Assembly (NCBI GenBank): GCA_034530875.2
Contig: JAVRCJ020000021.1
Location: 64,001-128,000, forward strand
Length of the DNA stretch: 64,000 bases
Direction of reading: 5' to 3'
Source: Nostoc sp. DedSLP01
Lineage (GTDB): Bacteria > Cyanobacteriota > Cyanobacteriia > Cyanobacteriales > Nostocaceae
The notes under the pieces were generated by a model. The model made no database searches and was not told the origin of the DNA. It worked only from the letters and a program-made list of their open reading frames with translations. The position numbers and the translations under genes were made by a program. Positions 19,531 to 28,170 of the stretch are shown here, in pieces; position 1 is the stretch's first letter; each line of letters opens with the position of its first letter.

Positions 19531-22109
19531 TGTTGCACTCTCAGATGGCAAAAAAACAGCCGAAATTTTGGCGTCAAGTTCTAGCTTTTGTGCTTTGTGT
19601 GCTGTTGGGGATGAGTCTAACTCTGGTGCTGGAATTGAGACAAGTCATAGCTGCTGCCGTTCAACCTCTGGCTGTCAAAACACAATATTTATCGAACTCA
19701 AATTTAATTCAACAAGGTAGAGAACTCTACCAAGCGCAACGCTATGCTGAAGCGATAAATATTTGGCAGTTGGCACTCAAAGCAGAAAAAAATCCATCTT
19801 CTCAAGCTATGGTGCTAAATTATCTCTCTTTGGCTTATCAGCAATTGGGACAGTGGCAGCAAGCAACCCAGACAATTAGCTCTAGCTTGAATTTAATTCA
19901 AAACTCCCAGACAACACCGCAAACAAAACTCATCCTTGCCCAAGCACTCAACACTCAAGGAAGTTTGCAATTAGCCGAAGGTAAAACTGAACAAGCTCTT
20001 AATTCTTGGCAACAAGCAACTAACATTTATACCGTAGCAGGTTATACACAAGGCAGAATTGGCAGTTTAATTAATCAAGCTCAAGCCCAACAAGCTCTAG
20101 GGCTTTACCTGCAAGCTCGTAAAACCCTAGCAGAAGTAGAACGAACGCTAGAGAATCAACCAGACGAACAGTTAAAAACTACAGAATTACGTAGCCTGGG
20201 CAACGTTCTCAAATCTGTGGGTGCTTTTGCTGATTCTCGCAGAGTTTTGCAGCAAAGTTTGCAGTTGCTACAAAATAGCGCGAGTAAATCACCACAAGAA
20301 TTGAGTGCTACTTTACTCAGCTTGGGTAATACAGCTTATGCCCAAGGCGATAAAGAGGCAGCATTAGCATACTACGAACAAGCTGCAAATATTGCGCCAG
20401 CAAGCACTATAACTCAGATTCAAGCTCAAATTAATCAACTTCAATTATTAATAGCAACTGGACAAACAAAAAAAGCCGAGAATCTTTCCCTAGAACTCCA
20501 GTCAAAGTTTAATAATGTTTCTCCCAGTCGCTCAACAATTTACTCTCGCATCAACCTTGCGAAAAGTTTAGTGAAACTGGGAACTCAAGAAAACACTGCA
20601 TCTGCTAAACTACTGGCAACAGCAATTCAAGAAGCTGAAAATTTAAGCGATCGCCAAGCACAGTCTTATGCTTTGGGTTATCTAGGCGGACTCTACGAAC
20701 AAACCGAGCAGTGGTCAAATGCTCAAGATTTAACCCAGCAGGCTTTGCAAATAGCTCAAGCCATTAATGCGCCACATATTGCTTATCAATGGCAATGGCA
20801 ATTAGGACGGATTTTAAAAGCCCAAGGTGCAATCAAGCAAGCAACATCAGCTTATGAAGTCGCCTTTACAACATTAAAATCTCTGCGCAGCGATTTAGTG
20901 GCGATTAACAGTGACATTCAATTTTCCTTCCGGGAAGCTGTAGAGCCTGTATATCGCGAATACGTACAATTACTTTTAAATCAAGATCCTAGCCAGGAGC
21001 AACTAAAACAAGCGCGTCAAGTAATTGAATCGCTACAATTAGCAGAACTTGACAACTTTTTTCGTTCAGCTTGTCTCCAAGGACAGATAGTACCGATTGA
21101 CCAAATTCAACAGTCGGCAGCAGCAGTCATTTATCCCATCATTTTGCCAGACCGACTAGAGGTAATTCTCAGTTTACCTCAGCAAGGACTACGCCACTAT
21201 GCCACGAAAATAAGCCAAGCTGAAGTAGAAGAAGTCATACAGCAACTCAGAGAAAATTTAGAAAAACCCTTCACAACTCCTGAGGGAAAATTATTATCTA
21301 CAAAAGTTTATGACTGGTTAATTCGCCCTGTGGAAGCAGAACTAGCTGAAAATGAGGTGAAAACATTGGTTTTTGTCTTAGATGGTGCATTGCGGAACGT
21401 GGCGATCGCAGCTTTGTATGATGGTAATAATTATTTGGTAGAAAAATACAGCATAGCCCTAACACCCGGCTTAGAGCTATTAGGGCCGCGTCCTTTGCGT
21501 CAAAGCAAGCTAAAAACTTTGGCTGCTGGACTCACAGAAGCACGACATGGATTTACTTCCTTACCAAATGTCAGCGACGAATTAAAAACAATTGAGTCGG
21601 AAGTCCCTAGCGAAGTTCTCCTGAATCAGACATTTACTAGTTCAGCGCTACGAAAACTCATTGACTCAGTACCGTTTTCTGTGGTGCACCTAGCAACTCA
21701 CGGTCAATTTAGTTCCAATGCCGATGAAACCTTTGTGTTGGCTTGGGATAAACCAATTAAACTCAACGAATTAAAAGACTTGCTTCGCAGCAGAGAGCAA
21801 ACTACACCTGAGCCAATTGAATTACTCGTTCTTAGTGCTTGCGAAACTGCCGATGGAGACAAACGCGCCGCTTTAGGGCTGGCTGGTATGGCAATTCAAG
21901 CAGGCGCACGCAGTACCTTAGCCTCTCTTTGGAGTTTAGATGATGAATCTGGCGCGCGTCTAATTAGCCAATTTTATAAAGAGCTAGCGACTAAGCAAGT
22001 GACAAAGGCAGAAGCTTTGCGACAAGCGCAACTCTCACTGTTAAAAGACCCAGATTATCGCCATCCGGTGCATTGGGCGGCTTACGTTTTGCTGGGAAAT
22101 TGGCTGTAG
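19530..22109 (+). CDS. TPR-CHAT domain protein (caspase-like protease)
   Basis: N-terminal hydrophobic segment, TPR helices, VHLATHG and LVLSAC catalytic motifs, HPVHWAAY end; ATG overlaps upstream stop (TAATG). Confidence 0.92.
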   Translation: MLHSQMAKKQPKFWRQVLAFVLCVLLGMSLTLVLELRQVIAAAVQPLAVKTQYLSNSNLIQQGRELYQAQRYAEAINIWQLALKAEKNPSSQAMVLNYLSLAYQQLGQWQQATQTISSSLNLIQNSQTTPQTKLILAQALNTQGSLQLAEGKTEQALNSWQQATNIYTVAGYTQGRIGSLINQAQAQQALGLYLQARKTLAEVERTLENQPDEQLKTTELRSLGNVLKSVGAFADSRRVLQQSLQLLQNSASKSPQELSATLLSLGNTAYAQGDKEAALAYYEQAANIAPASTITQIQAQINQLQLLIATGQTKKAENLSLELQSKFNNVSPSRSTIYSRINLAKSLVKLGTQENTASAKLLATAIQEAENLSDRQAQSYALGYLGGLYEQTEQWSNAQDLTQQALQIAQAINAPHIAYQWQWQLGRILKAQGAIKQATSAYEVAFTTLKSLRSDLVAINSDIQFSFREAVEPVYREYVQLLLNQDPSQEQLKQARQVIESLQLAELDNFFRSACLQGQIVPIDQIQQSAAAVIYPIILPDRLEVILSLPQQGLRHYATKISQAEVEEVIQQLRENLEKPFTTPEGKLLSTKVYDWLIRPVEAELAENEVKTLVFVLDGALRNVAIAALYDGNNYLVEKYSIALTPGLELLGPRPLRQSKLKTLAAGLTEARHGFTSLPNVSDELKTIESEVPSEVLLNQTFTSSALRKLIDSVPFSVVHLATHGQFSSNADETFVLAWDKPIKLNELKDLLRSREQTTPEPIELLVLSACETADGDKRAALGLAGMAIQAGARSTLASLWSLDDESGARLISQFYKELATKQVTKAEALRQAQLSLLKDPDYRHPVHWAAYVLLGNWL

Positions 22110-22295
22110 TAAAAATAATTTTTTATATCACGCAGAGTCGCACAGGCAAGGCAGCGACGGGTACGCAGGGGGTTTCCCCCATGAGCGACTGCCGCGCAAA
22201 GAAGAGAACGCAAAGAAGGACTTTTGCAAGAGGTCTAATGAGCGTGGCGCGTCTGAATCCTCCACGCTCAAGATTGCTGAATTCTGTATTCTTCT

Positions 22296-22688
22296 TTATG
22301 TCGTCTTTGTAGCGCCGGGTTTTGCATCTGCGTTTGATTTTAACCGCGTGATGAGAGCTTTACGAACGCGATCGCTTTTCCTTACCGCACCTGCTAGTTC
22401 GTATTCCCGGCTATCTTTGCCATACTTTGACGCTACACCACTAACTAAGCGTTCTGAAGTCTCGCGCATGTTCTTTTCCAGGGCTTCTATTTTCCCCTTT
22501 GCCGAATCGAGGGTGTTTAGTAACTGATTATATTGCTTGAGTTCGTTACGTAGTTCCGCAGTTAACTCGTTCAAATACTGCAAACTGACAGAATCACCAA
22601 AATCGAGGCTAGGATCGATTGATTGCAACCCGATTGTCTGCTGTTCTATTTTTTCGAGTACGGAAGAAGTTTTTTTGGGGCGTGGCAT
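22296..22688 (-). CDS. Hypothetical coiled-coil protein (YGKDSREYELAG motif)
   Basis: 130 aa from ATG 22688 (MPRPKK); basic N- and C-termini and a central heptad pattern; resembles a hypothetical family recalled from cyanobacteria. Confidence 0.8.
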   Translation of the reverse strand: MPRPKKTSSVLEKIEQQTIGLQSIDPSLDFGDSVSLQYLNELTAELRNELKQYNQLLNTLDSAKGKIEALEKNMRETSERLVSGVASKYGKDSREYELAGAVRKSDRVRKALITRLKSNADAKPGATKTT

Positions 22689-22832
22689 CAATACATACCT
22701 TTTGCTTAACTTTATTCTTCTAGCGTCTCTCAAAAATATAAGTAGTTGGTTCAGTGAAAATAGCCAAAATCAAGCATTTTTTCCCAAAAAAATTTAATGA
22801 ATAGTTCAGTAATTGCCGTAAAATAATTTACT

Positions 22833-23052
22833 TTGTTAACCAAAGTGCTTGGTTTGTTAAACAAAGTGTTTGTCTTGTTAACGAAAGTGCTTGGTTTATT
22901 AAACAAAGTGCTTGCCTTGTTAACCAAAGTGCTTAGTTTATTAAACAAAGTGTTTGTCTTGTTAACGAAAGTGCTTGGTTTGTTAAACAAAGTGCTTGCC
23001 TTGTTAATCAAAGTGCTTAGTTTATTAACCAAAGTGCTTGCCTTGTTAAACA
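22833..23052. repeat. Tandem array of about 10.5 x 21 bp (consensus TTGTTAAMCAAAGTGCTTGSY)
   Basis: Ten full units plus a partial unit read directly; ends at HIP1 site 23053-23060. Confidence 0.97.
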
Positions 23053-23146
23053 GCGATCGCACATATTATCTGTTAGCTTAAAATTACGGCATTGCTTTTA
23101 TTACACCGTTTTTCATCTATTTGAACCACTTGAACCACAATTTTCG

Positions 23147-23358
23147 GTAGGGGCTTTACAGCGTTCAAACTCTTGCCCCACAATCGTTTTACCCCACCCC
23201 CAACCCCTCCCCTTGGCAAGGGGAGGGGCGATTTTGGCTTTAGACAAAATCGGGGTGGGGTAACGCGGATTTTGATGGTAAGTGAGATAGCTGAATATCA
23301 CATCTTTACAAGGGTTTCGCGTTAAGTTGACACCAATGCACAGCTGTAAAGCCCCTAC
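23147..23358 (+). mobile_element. Family B MITE (left TIR missing) nested inside a GTAGGGGCTTTACAGC palindrome
   Basis: 16-bp perfect inverted arms at 23147-23162 and 23343-23358 enclose a sequence similar to 15740-15919. Confidence 0.75.
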
Positions 23359-23489
23359 AACGTGGTCTACTCAACTGAAAACTGCTGTAGGGACACAAAA
23401 CCAGTTTTTCTCTTGCCCTCTGCCTCCCTCGCGAAGCGAGATAAACTCCAGTAAATGGGTTGCTAAAAAATTTTTTTGGCTTTGTTGTG

Positions 23490-23528
23490 ATTTGAGTGCA
23501 TAAACCTCAAAAGTGAAACGTGTAACTC
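23490..23528 (+). promoter_or_regulatory. Conserved promoter-like motif, copy 1 (TGCATAAA-N14-CGTGTAAC)
   Basis: 36/39 identical to 26005-26043; ends 63 nt before ATG 23592; preceded by an A6T7 tract. Confidence 0.7.
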
Positions 23529-23591
23529 AGCAAGAAGTTCAAAGGCTAACACCAGACTTCATTACACACACAACACGAGGTTTATAGGAAT

Positions 23592-25709
23592 ATGGGAATT
23601 TATACTGGCGACAACGGCAATAATATCTTTCTGGGAACTAATGGTGAATCTTGGACACTCAACGGACAAGATGGCAATGACAATCTAACTGGTGCAGATC
23701 GAGACGACCTAATTACTGGTGGAGCTGGTAACGACAATTTGCTTGGTGCTGCTGGTAATGATTATCTTTATGGTAATGCTGGCTATGACTACTTGTATGG
23801 TAACGGCGGCGATGACAAGTTAATTGACGAAGATGGTTATGTAGATGGTGGTGCAGGCATTGATACGCTAGTAGCTAACTACGGTGCCTACGGAAGTCCC
23901 AGTCTTGGTGTAATCGTAGGATCTGATAGTATCACCAATATTTACCCAGGATTCTTAGGACTCAAGTTCACTAATATTGAAAAATTTCTCATCATAGGCT
24001 CACAATTGCTAGATACCCTGCGTGGTGGTGCTAATAGTGATAGCCTGTATGGTGAAGGTGGTAACGATCGAATTGAAGGTGGCGCTGGTCTTGATTATCT
24101 TTATGGTGGCGCTGGTGATGATACCGTAATTGATACAGATGGTTCTGTAGATGGTGGTGCAGGTATTGACACATTAATAGCCAACTACAGTGTGTTGAAT
24201 AATGGTGCTGGTGTAGAAATGAAACCAAGCGCTATTGTTAACCGGGCGAATAATAATCCACTACTCAATTATACTAATTTTGAGAAATTTAACGTTACAG
24301 GCACACAATACGCAGATATTCTGCGTGGTGGTGCTAGCAGTGATATCCTTAAAGGCGGTGCTGGTAAAGATCAAATTGAGGGTGGCGCTGGCTTTGATTA
24401 TCTTTATGGTGAGGCTGGGGATGATACCTTAATCGATACAGATGGTTCTGTAGATGGTGGTGCAGATGTTGACACACTAGTAGCCAACTACGCTGATTTG
24501 AATAGTGGTGCTGGCGTACACGTAGGATATTTGGGACAAAGTGCCATTTTCAGCCGGCAAACAGGATTATCACTACTCAATTACACTAGTATTGAACAAT
24601 TTAACATCACAGGTACACAATACGCAGATGTCTTAAGCGGCGGTGCTAAGGGTGATACCCTCAAAGGCGGTGCTGGTAACGATCAAATTGAGGGTGGCGC
24701 TGGCTATGATTATCTTTATGGTGAAGCTGGGGATGATACTATTATTGATTCAGATGGTCTTGGTTATGTAGATGGTGGTGCAGGTTTTGACACATTAATA
24801 GCTGACTACACTAATTTAAATAATGGTGCTGGTGTAGACGTGAGAGAAAATGGCATCTTTAGCCGCCTGAATAATAATCCACTACTTAGTTACACTGGTA
24901 TTGAAAAACTCGATATCACAGGCACACAATACGCAGACACTCTCCGTGGTGGTGCTGGCAATGATTTCCTCTACGGCGCTGCTGGCAACGATAGCCTCAA
25001 TGGCGGTGCTGGCAATGATATCCTCAAAGGCGGTACTGGCAATGATACCCTCAACGGCGGTAGTGGCTATGATGTTGTTAACTATGAAGGAAATTATACA
25101 GACTATGCAATCTCTTTTCTGAGCAATGGCGATTTACAAGTAATTGATAAGGTCACTACTAATGGTAACGAAGGTATCGATATTCTCAGTGGTGTAGAAT
25201 TCATTACTGCACAAGACGGAAATTTTGCAGTCCTTACAGGTGGTACAGGCAATGATGTGCTAACGGTGGTAGCACCAAACTATTGGGCTTTCCTCTTCGG
25301 TGGTGACGGAGCCGATAGCCTAACTGGTGGAACTGGCTACGATAACCTCACTGGCGGCAATGGTAATGATACTTTAGTAGGTGGCAATGGTAATGATACT
25401 CTAGTAGGCGGTGCTGGCAACGATATTCTTAATGGTGGTGCTGGCAATGATATTCTTACTGGCGGTTTAGGTGCAGATAAATTTGTGTTTAACTCGAAGG
25501 TAGAAGGCTTAGACATCATCAAAGACTTTAGTATGGTTGAAGGTGACAAGATTCAGATTTCTAAAGCTGGTTTTGGTGGTATCGCTGACTTCAAGAATTT
25601 CAGCTACAACGATGCTACTGGTGCTTTGTTGTTCCAAGGAACTCAATTCGCCACCATTGAGAATAAGCCTGCTAATTTTGCAATCAGTACAGATATTCAG
25701 CTTGTTTAA
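23592..25709 (+). CDS. RTX-type calcium-binding repeat protein
   Basis: Many GGxGxDxLx nonapeptides; four larger internal repeats; C-terminal GADKFVF...DIIKDF; no Sec signal. Confidence 0.92.
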   Translation: MGIYTGDNGNNIFLGTNGESWTLNGQDGNDNLTGADRDDLITGGAGNDNLLGAAGNDYLYGNAGYDYLYGNGGDDKLIDEDGYVDGGAGIDTLVANYGAYGSPSLGVIVGSDSITNIYPGFLGLKFTNIEKFLIIGSQLLDTLRGGANSDSLYGEGGNDRIEGGAGLDYLYGGAGDDTVIDTDGSVDGGAGIDTLIANYSVLNNGAGVEMKPSAIVNRANNNPLLNYTNFEKFNVTGTQYADILRGGASSDILKGGAGKDQIEGGAGFDYLYGEAGDDTLIDTDGSVDGGADVDTLVANYADLNSGAGVHVGYLGQSAIFSRQTGLSLLNYTSIEQFNITGTQYADVLSGGAKGDTLKGGAGNDQIEGGAGYDYLYGEAGDDTIIDSDGLGYVDGGAGFDTLIADYTNLNNGAGVDVRENGIFSRLNNNPLLSYTGIEKLDITGTQYADTLRGGAGNDFLYGAAGNDSLNGGAGNDILKGGTGNDTLNGGSGYDVVNYEGNYTDYAISFLSNGDLQVIDKVTTNGNEGIDILSGVEFITAQDGNFAVLTGGTGNDVLTVVAPNYWAFLFGGDGADSLTGGTGYDNLTGGNGNDTLVGGNGNDTLVGGAGNDILNGGAGNDILTGGLGADKFVFNSKVEGLDIIKDFSMVEGDKIQISKAGFGGIADFKNFSYNDATGALLFQGTQFATIENKPANFAISTDIQLV

Positions 25710-25752
25710 AATTCTCTACAGATTAGTCTAAAAATTTAATCATATCAATTAT

Positions 25753-25782
25753 CAGCCCTTACTTTGGTGAAGGGCTGGTTTT
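25753..25782 (+). terminator. Putative intrinsic terminator
   Basis: CAGCCCTT...AAGGGCTG hairpin followed by a T run, downstream of the RTX gene. Confidence 0.6.
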
Positions 25783-25913
25783 TACATTTAGGGAAAAGAA
25801 GCTGGCAGATAAGGAACACAGAGGCAGGAAGCTTTTTTATCATCTCCCTATCCCCTTCTCCCTATTCCTAGTAGACATCTCCATAAATTAACTCTACGTT
25901 ACCCAAAACCCAT

Positions 25914-25942
25914 GTAGAGACGTAGCAATGCTACGTCTCTAC
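25914..25942. repeat. REP-like palindrome (GTAGAGACG family)
   Basis: Perfect hairpin with compensatory changes relative to the 15976 copy. Confidence 0.85.
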
Positions 25943-26004
25943 ATTGATTTTCACTCCTATGTCTAATAGACATCTCCAAAAAAAAAATTTTTCGGTTCAT
26001 TGCT

Positions 26005-26043
26005 ATTTGAGTGCATAAAGTTCAAAAGTCAAACGTGTAACTC
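26005..26043 (+). promoter_or_regulatory. Conserved promoter-like motif, copy 2
   Basis: 36/39 identical to 23490-23528; preceded by an A/T tract. Confidence 0.7.
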
Positions 26044-26283
26044 TGTGGAGGGTAAAGTAAATAATCCCAACCAACAAACTGGAGGTTGGAGTCATCGAAA
26101 CTACTTTAAATACTCTCCACCAAAGTTGAAGCTAGGGAGTTATTATTTCTGCTCCATGCAGATGTGTATTGGTAGTAAATCATCAGCACTATGAACAATT
26201 TAACTACTAATTTTGCCTAGCTCAACAGCAAGTCAGTTTATCAACAATTATACCGTTAACTACTCAACACAGAAACCTAAAAC

Positions 26284-26988
26284 ATGACTACTAATTACAC
26301 TTCTAAGTCTGCTTTTTCATCTCAACAATCTACTCGTAAGGAAAAATTTATGTCCCGCAAACCATTAAGTTTAATTGCAACACTGATTGGTGTTAGCGTA
26401 CCAGTATTTTCATTAAATTTTGCTCAACCTGCAATGGCACAAGATTACACTAATTGCAGAAAAGTTGATGGCGTAAATGTATGTGCCCAAAAAACATTTG
26501 CTGGTTACGAACTTTATGCCAGTAATCCTTCTCAACCAAGCCAAAATCCCAACGCTTTAGGTCAATACCAATTGTTTTGGGATGGAGTGCAAGTTGGTAT
26601 GGAACCGAGTTGGACACTGCAACAAGCGATCGCTAATTTAGAATTTAATAAGAAAAGCTATCCTAACAAGAAAGTTGAAGGCTTATTTAACGGTCAAAAA
26701 GTCGGCTACGAATTACTCTGGGATGGCGTGCGAGTAGGGTTTGAACCCGGTTGGACATTGCAACAAGCGATCGCTAATTTAGAATTTAATAAGAAAAGCT
26801 ATCCCAACAAGAAAGTTGAAGGCTTATTTAACGGTCAAAAAGTCGGCTACGAATTACTCTGGGATGGCGTGCGAGTAGGGTTTGAGCCAGGTTGGACACT
26901 GCAACAAGCGATCGCTAATTTAGAATTTAATAAGCAAAGCTATCCCAATAAGAAAGTTGAAGGCTTATTCAACGGTAAACAACTGTAA
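26284..26988 (+). CDS. Secreted protein with three 47-aa tandem repeats
   Basis: Signal peptide ending PAMA-Q (start may be ATG 26350); 141-bp near-identical DNA repeats from 26566 to 26985. Confidence 0.85.
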   Translation: MTTNYTSKSAFSSQQSTRKEKFMSRKPLSLIATLIGVSVPVFSLNFAQPAMAQDYTNCRKVDGVNVCAQKTFAGYELYASNPSQPSQNPNALGQYQLFWDGVQVGMEPSWTLQQAIANLEFNKKSYPNKKVEGLFNGQKVGYELLWDGVRVGFEPGWTLQQAIANLEFNKKSYPNKKVEGLFNGQKVGYELLWDGVRVGFEPGWTLQQAIANLEFNKQSYPNKKVEGLFNGKQL

Positions 26989-27013
26989 TCAAAATTGATG
27001 CGATAATCAATAA

Positions 27014-27047
27014 AAAACAGCCCTAGTAAAATTACTAGGGCTGTTTT
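27014..27047. terminator. Putative bidirectional intrinsic terminator
   Basis: AAAACAGCCCTAGTAA / TTACTAGGGCTGTTTT inverted repeat between convergent genes. Confidence 0.7.
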
Positions 27048-27296
27048 AATGTACTGAAAAAATTGCCTTATATAGCAAGTAACTATGGACTGGAGAGAAA
27101 ATAAATGTAGCGACTGTCTTGAAAGTCAAGACAGTCGCTACACCTGCTAATGATAAGTACTCAACTGGACATCATATAAAACTCATATTTGAATTCTGAA
27201 AAAAATCAGTACACCCAAACAAGACTTCTTTCCTACTCCCCACTCCCTACTCCCTGTCTACGCAAGTAAATTCACAAATCAAACCAGATTCCTATA

Positions 27297-28079
27297 TTAT
27301 TTAGCAACACAACAAGATGCGATCGCATCTGTACCAACCTGAACTAAATTAACTTGTTTGAGTAGCTCAATCCAAGCTGATGCAATTTTTGGATCTTTGT
27401 CTTTGGTATTTTGTAAACTTTCTCCTAAACTTGTTAAAGCATCAAACCAAACACCATGTTGTGCAAAAAAACTTGCTTTTGCTAATGGTGTTTTAGCTGC
27501 TGCAAGTTGTTGTTGCCATGATGGGCTGATAGCTACTTGTGTCATTGAACCTTGCACGTAAACAGCAGATGACGCCTTATCAGGATCGCAATAAATCGAA
27601 AAAGTCCAACGATAAGATTTACCAGCAATTAAGGGTTTTGTAGGTTGTACGGGTATGCTAAAAATTCCCGATCGCGTTTCTGGTGGATTAAATTTTGTAT
27701 GATAAACGTAATTATCTGCTTCGTCTTGAATTACAAATTCTATAGGGAGTTTGGGTGTTAATTTATCAGGGACAAAAAACCAAAATGTCGGGGTTTGAGA
27801 TGCCGATTGTCCCCATACTAAATCTTTATTTCCTGTCTTAGTTATAGGTACTAAAGCTGTCAGCGTTTCATACTGCTTACAGGAACCACGACTACCTCCA
27901 CCTCTACGCCTACCTGTGGGTTCTCCTGGCTTTTCCTGCGCTCTTGGTGCAATATATGTGATTTTGCCTGTAGGTGTTAGGGTTTGAGCCTGTACATACC
28001 AATTTCCAGATGGGTTAAAAATACTCAAGGTAAGCGCAGATATCAGGGTGGTAGTATGAAACCAAAGTACCTTTTTCAT
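27297..28079 (-). CDS. DUF928 domain protein (exported)
   Basis: Signal peptide; GGGSRG.C, LTALVP, PTFWFFVP, Y.WTFSI.C, G.WFDAL motifs. Confidence 0.9.
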   Translation of the reverse strand: MKKVLWFHTTTLISALTLSIFNPSGNWYVQAQTLTPTGKITYIAPRAQEKPGEPTGRRRGGGSRGSCKQYETLTALVPITKTGNKDLVWGQSASQTPTFWFFVPDKLTPKLPIEFVIQDEADNYVYHTKFNPPETRSGIFSIPVQPTKPLIAGKSYRWTFSIYCDPDKASSAVYVQGSMTQVAISPSWQQQLAAAKTPLAKASFFAQHGVWFDALTSLGESLQNTKDKDPKIASAWIELLKQVNLVQVGTDAIASCCVAK

Positions 28080-28170
28080 AATAGAAATTAATTAGCGATC
28101 GCCAAAGTAACTTATTAGGATTTTTAATTTTTGAGGATTAACACCTAATTTATTACTACACTTCACTTGC

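Noticed and set aside
22833..23052. CRISPR array
   Set aside because: Units are contiguous with no unique spacers, and no cas genes are in the window
26566..26985. Diversity-generating retroelement TR/VR pair
   Set aside because: The repeats are in-frame coding duplications with mostly synonymous differences, no evident adenine-specific pattern, and no reverse transcriptase nearby
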